A DNA stretch of 64,000 nucleotides from Blastocatellia bacterium (GCA_963765495.1 CAVXWP010000009.1:160001-224000); one strand, 5' to 3'. Shown: positions 19,363-30,814, counted from the stretch's first letter. Notes: generated by a model not told the origin, from the sequence alone. Made by a program: numbers and translations.

Positions 19363-19700
19363 TGGGATTGTATTCTCCTTCTGTTATGACCTTAACATCA
19401 TCGCGCAGACCTCGTGATTCGGCGTATTTATCCGCAATTCCGGTGCCGCCATCTTCATCGGACAAACGACCTATATAGCCGAGTTATTAGTATTCTTCTC
19501 ACATTAGAATTATGAGTTGTCCAAATACTTGAGTTTATGATGGATTTCGCTTTTAAAATTATGCAATAACAATCAAACATTTTTTACGCTACTGGACTTG
19601 CAAAGAGCCTTCATTTTCACTGATTGTGTTGCCTTCTATGCCCTTTGAGACATTTATGGAACCGCTCTGTCCTATTCTTGTTAGGGTTCGGCCATACCAG

Positions 19701-19732
19701 TTAATCTTCTGTTCATCTGTGATGGTTACAAT
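19701..19732 (+). promoter_or_regulatory. Activator box plus -10 upstream of the PAP2 gene
   Basis: TTAATCTTCTGTTCAT-N10-TACAAT; same box at 21040. Confidence 0.6.
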
Positions 19733-19981
19733 GCAAGCAATATAGTGTCATCGTTGATCTACAGCTTAGCGATGACACTCAAGTCAGTGCCGCACCGCCA
19801 GTCTTATTTCGTTAGGTGGAAAGGATATCTATGCAGGGCTGCTTTCGTCCTCTTCCCCTGATGGGCATGATCACAATCTGTGAAAGCTATGCGCATACCT
19901 GTGCTAAACAACCATGGCGTCAGACCCCGATATTGACATTGCATAGAAGAAACTCAAAGCCCGACAGAAGGAGAGTAGGCT

Positions 19982-20935
19982 ATGAAAATCAATTCACCCT
20001 ATCGTCAAGCATTTCCCATCCTGTTTGTAATCTTTTCTCTGAATATGTTCGCCCCAGTCATTGATGGTCAAGAGCTTGCGCAGCCATCGAAGCCTGCCTT
20101 ATCTAATGAAGAAAAAGCGGCCCCCACGTGTTGCTCGAACACCGATTTGACCGAGACCGATAGCAGGCCGCAAGCGTCAAAAGCCCCCTCTGTGGCGTCC
20201 ACACAAACACGCCTTTCCATCGCGTCAAAAGAGTTCTTTAAAGACATACTGCACGACCAGGAGGTTATCTGGACAAGCCCGCTGCACATGAAGCGGAGTG
20301 ATAGCATATGGGTAGTTCCGTTTTTGGCAACGACAACGGTCATGCTTTTAACCGACAACAGAGTAGTAGCAAGTCTCGGTAATTCGGAGGATCTCATTGA
20401 CGATAGCCGAGATGTTTCACACCTCGGTTCCGGCTCCTCAACATTCGGCGCAGCTGGAACTCTCTACCTCCTGGGGCGGTTTACGCACAATGAAAGATTA
20501 AAAGAGACAGGATCGCTTGGGATAATAGCACTTATAGACAGTTCCATATTAGTCACCGGGCTCAAGTTTGCCACTGGCCGCGAGCGCCCTGATCGGGTAA
20601 TGGGAGACGGAGGTTTCTGGGATGGTGGAAGGTCATTTCCTTCCGGCCATGCAATAACGACCTGGTCATTGGCAACCGTAATAGCCAATCAATATCCTGA
20701 CAAACCATTAATAAGATTCGGAGCCTATGGGTTAGCCTCGGCGGTAAGTCTATCGAGGTTCACGGGGAAAAATCATTTTCCGTCAGATGTGCTGGTGGGT
20801 AGCGTGCTCGGGTATCTCATTGGGCGCTACACTGTAAAGCAGCACGGTGTTACTCACAGCAATCATCCGTTACCATCCTTACAGCCATACCTCAGCAAAT
20901 CTGCCAGGGGAGTCACTCTCTCATTTAGGTTTTGA
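19982..20935 (+). CDS. PAP2-family phosphatase
   Basis: KxxxxRERP, SFPSGH and SRxxxxxHFPSD motifs. Confidence 0.9.
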   Translation: MKINSPYRQAFPILFVIFSLNMFAPVIDGQELAQPSKPALSNEEKAAPTCCSNTDLTETDSRPQASKAPSVASTQTRLSIASKEFFKDILHDQEVIWTSPLHMKRSDSIWVVPFLATTTVMLLTDNRVVASLGNSEDLIDDSRDVSHLGSGSSTFGAAGTLYLLGRFTHNERLKETGSLGIIALIDSSILVTGLKFATGRERPDRVMGDGGFWDGGRSFPSGHAITTWSLATVIANQYPDKPLIRFGAYGLASAVSLSRFTGKNHFPSDVLVGSVLGYLIGRYTVKQHGVTHSNHPLPSLQPYLSKSARGVTLSFRF

Positions 20936-21039
20936 CGTGGTTGATAAGACTGTTGGTCGCACTTGATGTCTGAAGAAGTAGCTTCCATTCTTGAGGTTAC
21001 CTAATTGCTTGTGATCAAATCCGTTCTTGCGAACTAAAT

Positions 21040-21071
21040 TTAATCTTCTGTTCATTTTCCCCCAATAGAAT
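21040..21071 (+). promoter_or_regulatory. Activator box plus -10 upstream of the PepSY gene
   Basis: TTAATCTTCTGTTCAT-N10-TAGAAT. Confidence 0.6.
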
Positions 21072-21140
21072 TAATGCTGTTAGTTAATTTGCCGTTCAAT
21101 ATTGGCGGCAAAGCAATACAGATAAGGAAGGAATGTAACA

Positions 21141-21500
21141 ATGAAGAGTTTTATGAAGATTTCAATGAGTCTTGCATTGATGCTGGCGCTAGGACTTGCA
21201 GTTGCGGCAAGTGACAAGAAAAGCGACAAGAAACAACTTGAAAAAGAAGCCAAGATCACTATGAAAGAGGCGCGAGAAATTGCCTCAAAGAAAGTTCCTG
21301 GGAAAATAAAAGAAGGCGAGCTTGAGCGCGAGGATGGACAATTAATTTATTCCTTTGACATACAGACTAAAGCTGGAATAAAGGAAGTCCAGGTTGATGC
21401 CATCACTGGCGATGTGCTTAGCGTTGAGACCGAGACTAAGGCAGATGAAGCCAAAGAGAAGGCCGCCGAACATAAGGCCACGCAGAAAAAAAAGAACTAG
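21141..21500 (+). CDS. Secreted PepSY-domain protein
   Basis: AKITMKEAREIA...ELEREDGQLIYSFDI...EVQVDAITGDVL. Confidence 0.88.
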   Translation: MKSFMKISMSLALMLALGLAVAASDKKSDKKQLEKEAKITMKEAREIASKKVPGKIKEGELEREDGQLIYSFDIQTKAGIKEVQVDAITGDVLSVETETKADEAKEKAAEHKATQKKKN

Positions 21501-21724
21501 TCAGGAAAACAATGATTGATAAGCAGAATATCTCTTGTAGATAGGCCCTGTGAACAAGCAATCATTTCGTGTCTGTGTGGTAAACAAACATCGTTTCACT
21601 TTTCGGGGAGCGCAAGCTCCCCATGAAATCCCATACAGCCGAAGTCTCGCATCCTAAATCGGTATTTCATTTGAAGCGCTTTCAACATGAGAGCGTCGCC
21701 GTTTATCTCAGAACCCTGTGTTGA

Positions 21725-21990
21725 TTAAGGCCACGGCTCCCAATTCCAGATCATCGGGAAGGTAACCACTCCAGCCGCAGCGCCGCTTAGACTTCCACCT
21801 GGCCCAAGCATCACATCCGTCACGCCGCTCACAATCTGTCCCGTTGGAACAAGCTCCATCCAGTCGCTCTCGTCGCTAGGATCACTCGCTTTTGTCGAGT
21901 AATACATGTGACAAATCGCCCCTCTTCGCTGCAATCTTACATAGCGCCCTGAATCACTGCTCACGGTCTCGGCCTGCGTCGCCGCCAGGT
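21725..21990 (-). pseudogene. 3' remnant of phage gene 'B', copy 1
   Basis: ETVSSDSGRYVRLQRRGA...WNWEPWP is homologous to 28786-29040; 5' part replaced. Confidence 0.7.
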
Positions 21991-22245
21991 CGAACACGAC
22001 AAAAGGATCAGGCACGAAAGCTGGTTTCTGTTTACTACTGGAGATTGGCAGATGCCAGGAAGTCTTCGCAGAATTGATTATCGGACGAGTCCCGTTCGGG
22101 CAGATATTCGATCCCCCCGGATCAGATTCAGAGGCTTTCGGGCGCTTCGGTTTCACCCTGTTTTGTACAAACCCCTTTCTGAAATTTATGAGAAAGAATC
22201 AACCGCAAATTCTAACGCGGAAATCTCTCACTATGGATAGATCAA

Positions 22246-22421
22246 CCTGCCATTACTATGGTCCTGAGATAGACTGGATTCGCCTTGTCAGCGGCAAGCT
22301 CGCGCCGGTCGATCCGCGCGCTGAAAAGGTAGATGGCAAGAATCTGCTCATCTTCCCGAATGGAGTAACAGCCGGGGAGCATCTGGAATTCCAGAGCCGC
22401 TACACTAATCATCATGTGACT
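22246..22421 (+). pseudogene. Phage small-gene remnant 'A', copy 2
   Basis: First 27 nt identical to 16959-16985, similarity continuing for ~175 bp. Confidence 0.65.
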
Positions 22422-22903
22422 TATAGTCGAAGAGAAACCGACTGCTTAACAAGGCAGGAATCTGCAAGGCGAGATACCGAAAGCCTTTTTCCTCATTTGC
22501 AAGCGTTCTACAAAGATTGGGTGATACTATAAATGTCCAAACGATTTTGTCGGACAGACACCACCAGACATCGAAAACTGCCCAAATACCTCTCAAGGTG
22601 ACATTATAGTTGAAATTCTATTTTAGTTGATATGAGCAATTTCTAAGAAAACCACAGGGTCGGGATGATCGCATGAAACAAAAGAATTATTTTGTTTCAT
22701 TGCAATTGCTAAATGTATTGACTTGAGCAGCCTCGCCTTGCATAGCCTCCGAATTAGACACTTCAACCGATTTGTCCAATTAGGGCTAACGAGAGGGAGC
22801 GTGCGATGAACCCATATAAGAGCTATCTTCGCTTTATTCTCCAACAGTACCTGTCTTACCTTCTCCATCTCGCTTGTAGTTCACAATAATGATGCCCAGG
22901 TAT

Positions 22904-23803
22904 CTATTGCTTTTGGGGCTTCGCATCGAGAAAGTCGTTCACTATCGGGACGATAATGAACCTGCGGTTCATCAGCGTAACGTGTGTTGTGTCGGGCAAA
23001 ATTGCCAATCTCGATGCCGAGCGCGGCTGCATGTCGCCATGGATCTCGCCGCCCCCCTTCAGCCGGTACATTTCCGCGATGTGATCGAGCCGCACGCCGT
23101 CAGCGTCGCCGAAGATGAAAAACATCGGCGCTTTAGTGGCTTTGAGTTTGTCGGCGCCGAAGTCGTATGGTCTCAAAGCCTGCGCTTTGATGTGATTGAC
23201 AAAATCCGGGAATTTTTCAGGCGTCGGGCTTAGCCTCTTATATTCGGCTTCTATGGGAGTGCCTTTGAACACTTCCCACGTGAATGTTGGCCAAAAGTCG
23301 TTCGCTTCCTTGACCCAGCCGTCGCGGCGGATCGGGGCTGAAATACTGACAACCTTACGCACTTTTTCCGGATGGCGGATCGCACATTGGATAGCGACGC
23401 CGCCGCCAAGGCTGTAACCGATGATGTCCGCGCTTGGGATCTTGAGGTAATCGAGCAGCCCCGCCACATCGTCGGCGAGGTTTTCATAAGTAAGTTCGCG
23501 GTTGATGTCGGCGGTACGCCCGTGACCCTGCATTTCGATGGCAATCACTTTCCGCGTTTTGGAAAGTTCGCCGATCCAATCATTCCAGTCGCCTGAAATC
23601 GCCATGAACGCGCCGTGGAGCAATACCACAGGCTCACCACTCCCGTGGATCTCGTAATACATTTTGAGACCGCCCACCGGCGCATAGCCCGTAGTTGGTT
23701 TTTGCTGCCCCAATACGCCCCCCGACAGAAACACCGTCAGCACCATCGCCAGAAAAAAAGCTGTTGTCTTCATATTTGGATTCATATTAATGACCTTTCT
23801 CAC
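22904..23803 (-). CDS. Secreted alpha/beta hydrolase
   Basis: LLHG, GHGRT and GYSLG nucleophile motifs; true start may be a downstream ATG. Confidence 0.88.
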   Translation of the reverse strand: MRKVINMNPNMKTTAFFLAMVLTVFLSGGVLGQQKPTTGYAPVGGLKMYYEIHGSGEPVVLLHGAFMAISGDWNDWIGELSKTRKVIAIEMQGHGRTADINRELTYENLADDVAGLLDYLKIPSADIIGYSLGGGVAIQCAIRHPEKVRKVVSISAPIRRDGWVKEANDFWPTFTWEVFKGTPIEAEYKRLSPTPEKFPDFVNHIKAQALRPYDFGADKLKATKAPMFFIFGDADGVRLDHIAEMYRLKGGGEIHGDMQPRSASRLAILPDTTHVTLMNRRFIIVPIVNDFLDAKPQKQ

Positions 23804-23843
23804 GCGGCGAATACGTCTCTAACGAAAGCTGAGATCGCCGCCG

Positions 23844-23880
23844 AAAAAACCAGTGGTCGGTCTTCCTTCCGACCGACCAC
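23844..23880 (-). terminator. Intrinsic terminator candidate
   Basis: GTGGTCGGTC/GACCGACCAC stem followed by a T-tract on the minus strand. Confidence 0.55.
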
Positions 23881-23889
23881 ACGAAAAAC

Positions 23890-24336
23890 TTATTTCATCA
23901 GGCCGCCTTTTTCATTCTGAGCCTCAAATCCATATCGTATTGCCGCTTCAAGTATTTCAATGTTTATATCTTTTAGAGTTTTGAACCTAATGCAATAGCC
24001 GGTCACGCTCGCCTTGCCGAGTTCTTTTCCATATGTCTGGGCTAAGTATTTCTTATCTTCGATACCAAGGATATAGACAGAGATTCCGGGTTTATTTGCG
24101 CTCAAACCAATTTGATAAAACTCTCTGGTTGTTCCATCAGCATATTTTATAGTGTGAAGTCCGTATCCTATATTAGGATTAGAAACAGTTCTATTTTCAC
24201 TGTTTTTACCATCTAAGAACCATAATTTACATGCTGGCATTACTTCCAGAATGATGCAGTGCAACGCTTGCATGTCGCTGCGTTTTGGTTCAGGTTGGCT
24301 GGTAATATACTTTTGGATCTGTTCTTGTACGTTCAT
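23890..24336 (-). CDS. DUF1801 (YdhG-like) protein
   Basis: I..YI..QPEPKRSDMQALH..I, IGYG, GKASVTGYCIRFK. Confidence 0.8.
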   Translation of the reverse strand: MNVQEQIQKYITSQPEPKRSDMQALHCIILEVMPACKLWFLDGKNSENRTVSNPNIGYGLHTIKYADGTTREFYQIGLSANKPGISVYILGIEDKKYLAQTYGKELGKASVTGYCIRFKTLKDINIEILEAAIRYGFEAQNEKGGLMK

Positions 24337-24440
24337 ATAAAATATAAGATTACGGGTTGCTTACTTTGCCTTTTCAAATCTCGCCCGCTTCAATTTTACT
24401 GCATCAGTCGGTTCGGTTTAGCGTTTCGTGTCGACGATTC

Positions 24441-25036
<596 letters not shown>

Positions 25037-25037
<1 letters not shown>

Positions 25038-25549
25038 TATTTTATTTCCTTTGGTTGCGATAATTGTGTCAGCAGATCTTCCAGGTTGTTCAATGTCATT
25101 TTGAACCCTTCGCTGAAGCCCATTTCAATCATCTTCTCCATACGGGCAAGGGATTCGTTGTAAATAGAAACACGCACGGTTGTAGTTCCGTTTTGTTCGC
25201 TGAAATTCAGATCCCAATCAGAACCTGGCAATTCAGGGTTTTCATCTTTGTCTGCAAAAGCATTAAAGATCTTGAAATTGGTTTTGGGACTAATGGAAGT
25301 ATATTTCTGAATTGACCATCGTTCTTCTCCTTCCGGGCTCACCATTGCATAAAATCTTCGTCCGCCAACTTTGAAATCCATATATTTTGTTTTTGATACC
25401 CAGGGTCGCGGAGCCCACCATTGGTCAAGAATTTCTGGTTTGGTAAATGCATCCCATACCAGCGAAAGTTCGGCGGCAAATTCTCTGATTACCGATACCG
25501 TTTTTGTCGCTTTGTTTACTGTAAATTCAAATGGTAAATTGTTTTTCAT
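25037..25549 (-). CDS. SRPBCC (AHSA1/START) domain protein
   Basis: REFAA..LVWDAFT.PE.LDQWWAP, MDFKVGG. Confidence 0.9.
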
Positions 25550-25872
25550 TTCTTTTCTCCTTTCATGGTTGCCAATACTTCGTCGAGTTGGCTAAAGCGT
25601 TGTTCCCACAGTTCGCGGAAAGGCTCAATAAAATCAGCAATTTCTTTAATTTTTTCAGGATTTAAGTGGTAATAAATTTCCCGTCCTGCTTGCTCTGCTT
25701 CGAGCAATTCGCACTCGGTTAGAATGTGAAGATGTTTGGAAACGGTCGGACGCGCGGTGTCAAAATTTGCCGCGATTGCACCTGCAGTCATTGATTGGGC
25801 AGCCACCAACAAAAGTATCGCCCGTCTGGTCGGGTCGGCAATGGCTTGGAAAACGTCTCGTCTTAGATTCAT
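25546..25872 (-). CDS. ArsR/SmtB-family transcriptional regulator
   Basis: [15 protein letters not shown]...[11 protein letters not shown]...GRE.YY. Confidence 0.92.
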   Translation of the reverse strand: MNLRRDVFQAIADPTRRAILLLVAAQSMTAGAIAANFDTARPTVSKHLHILTECELLEAEQAGREIYYHLNPEKIKEIADFIEPFRELWEQRFSQLDEVLATMKGEKK

Positions 25873-25876
25873 AAAT

Positions 25877-25921
25877 GTAGCCACCTGACTACGCATAGTT
25901 TATATAAAGTCAAATGGCTAC
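25877..25921. promoter_or_regulatory. Two imperfect palindromic operators (consensus GTAGCCA-N2-TGGCTAC)
   Basis: GTAGCCACCTGACTAC at 25877-25892 and AAAGTCAAATGGCTAC at 25906-25921, just upstream of the ArsR start. Confidence 0.6.
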
Positions 25922-26776
25922 GCAAGCGTGAAAAGTGTTTTAAGTAAAGTTAGGAAGGCTCGCGTCCTGGGCTGGCAAAAGGATTGCTTTCATGGACGGA
26001 TAATGTCGCATGAGACGCCAAACCACAACAATTCGTGGCTGTTACCACAGTCGCAGGCTCTGCCCACGACTGCTTGTATTCTTAATCTCACGCGAAATTC
26101 TCCACCGGTGCAGATAATCAAAGCGGCCAGTGCAATATGACCATTTTTGACAATTACATAGGAACACTAAATTTATAATGGCTATTTAGACAAAATAACT
26201 CTAGTGTCTAATTGGCTTCCACTAGAACAGTGAATCTCAAATGCCTTTTTGATAAACACGAGCGAGGAAATTTCACTGTAATGTCCAATTGGTATCAGAC
26301 CTTGGTATGTTATACTGATGTAACAGAAAAGCTGAAGTGTTTCGTTCAACTTGAATTTAGACAATGCCAAGACGACAACGACACAAACTTCCTCAGACGA
26401 TCTCATCGAGAGCGTAATCACTCAACTCCAACACTACTTATGCTTCCATGATGACTACTGCCGCCATACTGCATTTGCGATCAGCCCAAACGACAATCCT
26501 GCCGATCCCAAACATACGCCGGCAGCGATCCAGTTGTAATTGAAGAATCAGAAAACGGCTACAACGAAGCTTGCAAATCCACAAACCTTTCCACAGATTA
26601 TTGCAATGCCTTCGATTGTCTGTGCTTTCTCCATATCTATGGACGGGAACATTTGAATTGGGCCGTCATTACAGCGGTTTGCAATCGAACGAAGAGACAG
26701 GATCGTTAGGAGGACACTTATAAACCTTGGAAAAAAGAAAAACTCTATTCACTCGTTTGCAAACCGCTGTAGAGTA

Positions 26777-27226
26777 TTATTCGCCCACCAGCCTTAGAGC
26801 TTCCTCTTTCAGGCTTTGACCGATGTAGAACCCGTTGGTCTCCAATTCTTCGATCAGTGGTCTTACCTGTGAAATTATGTGAGATTGTCTCGCTTTCACA
26901 AGCACTCCGATTGTCCCAATAATCTTCAGGTCAATGTTTCGAGCCACAGCCCGCGCCTGACGATCATCAACAATGATTCGCTGTTGTAATTCACTGGCCA
27001 GAGCTATTGCTTCTGCTTCGCCGTCATCCACCAGTATTTTCAACGTATCTATGAGCGCAATGTCAGTCGGGGCCTGTACCCTGAGCCACGGCAATGAAAT
27101 TCCAAATTCTTTAGCCACTTCCGGGGGTATAGTTACTGGCTCAAACAACTCTGAGAGTAGATCAAGATGTTCTATCCGCTCAAGCCCGATAAGACACGTA
27201 CTGTCAGTTATGACAGGCTCTTTCAC
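26777..27226 (-). CDS. DUF3368 PIN-domain toxin
   Basis: ITDSTCLI, IPPEV..E, DDGEAEAIALA, VDDRQAR and GTIGVL motifs. Confidence 0.88.
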   Translation of the reverse strand: MKEPVITDSTCLIGLERIEHLDLLSELFEPVTIPPEVAKEFGISLPWLRVQAPTDIALIDTLKILVDDGEAEAIALASELQQRIIVDDRQARAVARNIDLKIIGTIGVLVKARQSHIISQVRPLIEELETNGFYIGQSLKEEALRLVGE

Positions 27227-27450
27227 AAACCAATTTCCTCTCGCAGTTCATCAGCAGAGTAATTAAAGACGGGAACCTGATGCCGGCCAAGTATTTCCAT
27301 AAAGGCCCTCTTGGAAAACCCCGCCAGATTAGCAGCCTGACCAAGAGAAACCCTTCCAACCTCATAGAGTTTGACGGCAAGCAGGAGTTTGGTTTCCTCC
27401 TGCGAAAGCGTAGATGGAATACTTATTTTCATCTCTTTAGTGTTTAACAT
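27223..27450 (-). CDS. UPF0175-family antitoxin
   Basis: LAVKLYE.GRVSLGQAA.LAG.S...FME.L; 4-nt overlap with the PIN gene. Confidence 0.85.
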   Translation of the reverse strand: MLNTKEMKISIPSTLSQEETKLLLAVKLYEVGRVSLGQAANLAGFSKRAFMEILGRHQVPVFNYSADELREEIGL

Positions 27451-27703
27451 AGTCAATTCATTTCTAACACGCGCTACATTGGCTTTCAAGGGATTATCGG
27501 GGAGGGCATAAAGCCTGACAATGCGATAGACGCCCCGTAGAGCTAATGATTCTACGCACAGCAAGACAATCAAACCGGAAAGCAGAATTGTTTAAAATGA
27601 ACTCCTGCACGAGACAGTATTAACTCCTTTCGTAAGATACCTATCTCTATTGACGTCCGAATGTGGCTGTAGTATAGCTTTGCCCGTTCGTAGGAGAACA
27701 ACC

Positions 27704-28768
27704 ATGACAGCCCCGGATACACTCAACCCACCGCAAGAGACTGCCTTCAAATGTGACTATAAGGATGAGATAGCCTTAGCCTGTGAGGGTCAGGCTTTCT
27801 ATAAAGAACACGAAGGCAAGCAGTACTGTGTGCTTCACTATCCGGGCAAAGAAAAGAGCGCGGATTTCGATGAAGCCCTAAAGAGTAAGCTAGAGAATAA
27901 AGACTTCAATTTTTGTGGAGTATGGTTCCCCGATAATGTGGACTTTCGCAAATTTGAATTCAGCGCGTCGGCGTACTTCCGATCTGCCACATTCAGCGCG
28001 TCGGCGTACTTCCGATCTGCCACATTCAAAGATCAGATCAGTTTTGCAGGAGAAGGTACAAATCGGGTCTTTGGTGAAAATTCTACGGTTGATTTCCAAT
28101 TTGCTCGCATAGAAAAGCCCAATCATGCTTCCTTCCATACGGTCACGCTCTCACCAACATGGTTCATCAACATAGATGCGAGCAGGTTCAGTTTTATTGA
28201 CGTAGAGTGGAATAACCGCAGCACTAAACAAGAAATCACAGCTTTGCAATCAAGAGAGATTCAATCACCCCATCAACTGCTTTCGATAGCCTATCGCAAT
28301 CTGGCAGACAACACCGAAGATAATCACCACTACAGTGACGCCTCAATGTTTCGCTACAAGGCGATGGATGCGCTCAGGCTTAGAAGATGGCGCGGCTTTG
28401 CTGTCTGGTCATTGGGCTGGTGGTACTGGAGCGCAAGCGGCTACGGTGAACAAATATGGCGCGCATTCATCATGCTGATAGTAGTATGGGCTTTCTTCGT
28501 TCCTTTTTTCTGGCAGGCTCCATTCATCGAGCGAGTTCAGAGGCCCTTGAACCCAAACGAAACACCTCCTGCTCCCTACGGCGAGCAGGTGATCCCAAAG
28601 GATTTTGGAAGCTCATGCATTTACAGTTTTGGTGTAATGACATTGCAAAAGCCGGAGCCTCGCCCCGTCAAAAAGACCACGAAAGCAATTATCATCTTCG
28701 AGACAATCCTAGGCCCCTTGCAAGCTGCGCTGCTTGCCCTCGCGGTTCGTAGAAAGTTTATGCGATGA
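27704..28768 (+). CDS. Pentapeptide-repeat membrane protein with a channel-like C-terminus
   Basis: YCVLH, F-x4/5 repeats, SGYGE, TM-YSFGVMTLQ-TM; AGGAG RBS. Confidence 0.7.
   Translation: MTAPDTLNPPQETAFKCDYKDEIALACEGQAFYKEHEGKQYCVLHYPGKEKSADFDEALKSKLENKDFNFCGVWFPDNVDFRKFEFSASAYFRSATFSASAYFRSATFKDQISFAGEGTNRVFGENSTVDFQFARIEKPNHASFHTVTLSPTWFINIDASRFSFIDVEWNNRSTKQEITALQSREIQSPHQLLSIAYRNLADNTEDNHHYSDASMFRYKAMDALRLRRWRGFAVWSLGWWYWSASGYGEQIWRAFIMLIVVWAFFVPFFWQAPFIERVQRPLNPNETPPAPYGEQVIPKDFGSSCIYSFGVMTLQKPEPRPVKKTTKAIIIFETILGPLQAALLALAVRRKFMR
27958..28023 (+). repeat. Exact 33-bp tandem duplication (FSASAYFRSAT x2)
   Basis: ATTCAGCGCGTCGGCGTACTTCCGATCTGCCAC occurs twice, in frame. Confidence 0.95.
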
Positions 28769-28785
28769 ATTATTGCGATCTGTTC

Positions 28786-29585
28786 TCAGCCGGTCCACGG
28801 CTCCCAATTCCAGATCATTGGAAAGGTAATCACGCCGATAGCCGCGCTGCTCGAACTTCCACCCGGCCCGACCATTACATCATCAGCGCCGCTCACTATC
28901 TGGCCACTTGGCACAAGCTCTTCTCATCAGTAGGATCACTCGCCTTTGTCGAGTAATAGGTGTGAAAGATTGCCCCTCTTCTCTGCAATCTCACATAGCG
29001 CCCTGAATCGCTGCTGACAGTCTCAACCTGCGCCGCTGCATCATATTGATCAATCCTTGTGAACACAGCCGCGCCATCATTTCTCACGCAAATGTAAACA
29101 CCAAAACCTGATTCGAATCGAGCGCCAATGAACCCTCTGTAAGTCGGAGGCCCGGCCACGACATCAACCGCCGCCCACACATCGAAGTCTTTCATCACAT
29201 CCTGATAGAGCAATGCCCCATCACCAGCGAGTGCAGCAACGGCAGGCGCAAGCTCAAGCTCGCCTTTCTTATTCACCGAAAAGCCCGCCCCGCTTGCGAC
29301 CCAGAATGGATCGATCACCTCATGCTCGAAATCATCAGGAATGAACCACGCTATCTCTTTACATAGCGCAGTCTTTGTGTTGCTCTCAGGCGCGATCTGC
29401 ACCACCTCCAGCACGCGCATCTCTCCGACTGGCCCCTTCAGGATATCGCCTACGATCACATCAGCGTTCGAAGAAACACGCACTCCGCAAGTGTACGCTC
29501 TCGACCTCACCCCACGCGCCAGCACTTCGCTCATTCCGACTTCGCCGCGCAGTACCCGAACCCATGCTGGCGAGATATTAATCAT
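28786..29585 (-). pseudogene. Phage gene 'B', copy 2 (ConA-like beta-sandwich C-terminus), frameshifted
   Basis: 10-nt deletion near 28920 relative to copy 1 shifts frame; the other frame continues ELVPSGQIVSG...WNWEPWTG. Confidence 0.65.
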
Positions 29586-29661
29586 CTCCCCACCGTAGCG
29601 AATCCGCGTAAACGAAGCTCGCGCCCAAGGTATAGATGTTCTTCGCATAAGCTGAAAATAT

Positions 29662-29746
29662 AACCACGAAACACACCAATCACACGAAACCAGGACATCA
29701 GAGGACCATCTGATCTTTTTCGTGTGTTTCGTGTGTTTCGTGGTTA
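29662..29746. repeat. Inverted pair of tandem 9-mers (CACACGAAA)n ... (TTTCGTGTG)n
   Basis: AACCACGAAACACAC...GTGTGTTTCGTGGTT. Confidence 0.8.
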
Positions 29747-29766
29747 GTTATCAAGGCAAGCCCCCG

Positions 29767-30121
29767 CTATGGAATCCGCTTAACCTGGTCAGTGTCGCCC
29801 ACGATCCCGGCAAATCTCCCGAACCCCGCAAGATCGGAAGCGTATTGTGTGGCGTTGAACTGACCATACAGTGTCAGGTCCATCCGATAGCCGCCTCGCA
29901 GCTTCCCTTTCGGCAGGATCACATAGATGCCGCTTCCTGCACCGGCTGCCGGTACGTGTACGCTCATCACCGGACGGATGCGGAACTTCAACCGCTGCTT
30001 GCCTGCTGCCTGTTGAATCGCAAAGTCGGTGTTTGTCCGCAGCACTCCATCCACTTCACCGGCCTTCTCTGGTGCGTAGTACGCTACAGCCCGCCGGTCA
30101 ATCGCAATCTCACCGCTCGCG
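29767..30121 (-). pseudogene. 5'-truncated beta-rich phage gene (possibly structural)
   Basis: Frame stays open upstream of the GTG to about 30120 with no proper start; ends at the ArdC fragment. Confidence 0.45.
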
Positions 30122-30406
30122 GCTTTGCCTCACAAGACTCTATTTCACGAATGCGGGCATATCCTGCTAGGCCACACAACAGAGGCAGACTTTAACGACG
30201 CGGCCACACTCCCGAAATCTTTGCGCGAAGCCGAAGCCGAAGCGGTCGCCCTTCTTTGTCTCGATGCTCTCGATCTCGACGGGGCCGACTTTTGCAGAGG
30301 TTACATACAAAACTGGCTCGCGGGTGAGCCGATCCCCGAACGAAGCGCACAGCGGATATTCACCGCAGCAGATCAGATCATCAAGGCCGGTCAGCTTCCG
30401 GCCTGA
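30122..30406 (+). pseudogene. ArdC-like metallopeptidase C-terminal fragment
   Basis: KTLFHECGH, EAEAEAVA, RGYIQNW and AADQII motifs; N-terminal ssDNA-binding part absent. Confidence 0.7.
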
Positions 30407-30556
30407 TCAGAAGGCATCGAGCTATGAAACGCATCAAGCGACTAATTCACGAATTGAAACATTGGGGACCGGGCGCGGGTTGGGTGATGCTCACCCGCGT
30501 CTGGCTCCCTAATAAAATCGCCCGGATCAGATGGGCACGCACCCAGAGGAGGATAG

Positions 30557-30814
30557 ATGCAAAACGAGCCAACAGAGAAAGAGAAACGAGAGAGGATGAT
30601 TGACCTGGCTATTTCCGGCCTGATCACCGCAGCCGAGGCTGTCGTCGAAGATGCCGCTAATAACGGTCAGCCATCCTTGGCCTCGCTTCTCTACCTCAGT
30701 CACAAGGTTGTAACCGCGCGAATCGTGATGGGATCTCCAATTCCCACAACCGCTATCACCTGGCATTTTCCAGATGGCAGTAAACGGAGGATGAACAATG
30801 CGAAATTATCCTGA
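30557..30814 (+). CDS. Hypothetical phage protein
   Basis: GAGGAGG RBS; overlaps the next gene. Confidence 0.55.
   Translation: MQNEPTEKEKRERMIDLAISGLITAAEAVVEDAANNGQPSLASLLYLSHKVVTARIVMGSPIPTTAITWHFPDGSKRRMNNAKLS

Noticed and set aside
21725-22532. ORFs 21725-22156 and 22074-22532 as intact genes
   Set aside because: Each is a phage gene remnant fused to unrelated sequence, with no convincing start
26455-26634. Small minus-strand membrane ORF with an internal TGA at 26548-26550
   Set aside because: The stop is not in a redox motif and I recognise no family; possible pseudogene but unsupported
27958-28023. CRISPR-like 33-bp repeats
   Set aside because: Two abutting copies with no spacer, in frame in a CDS; no cas genes in the window
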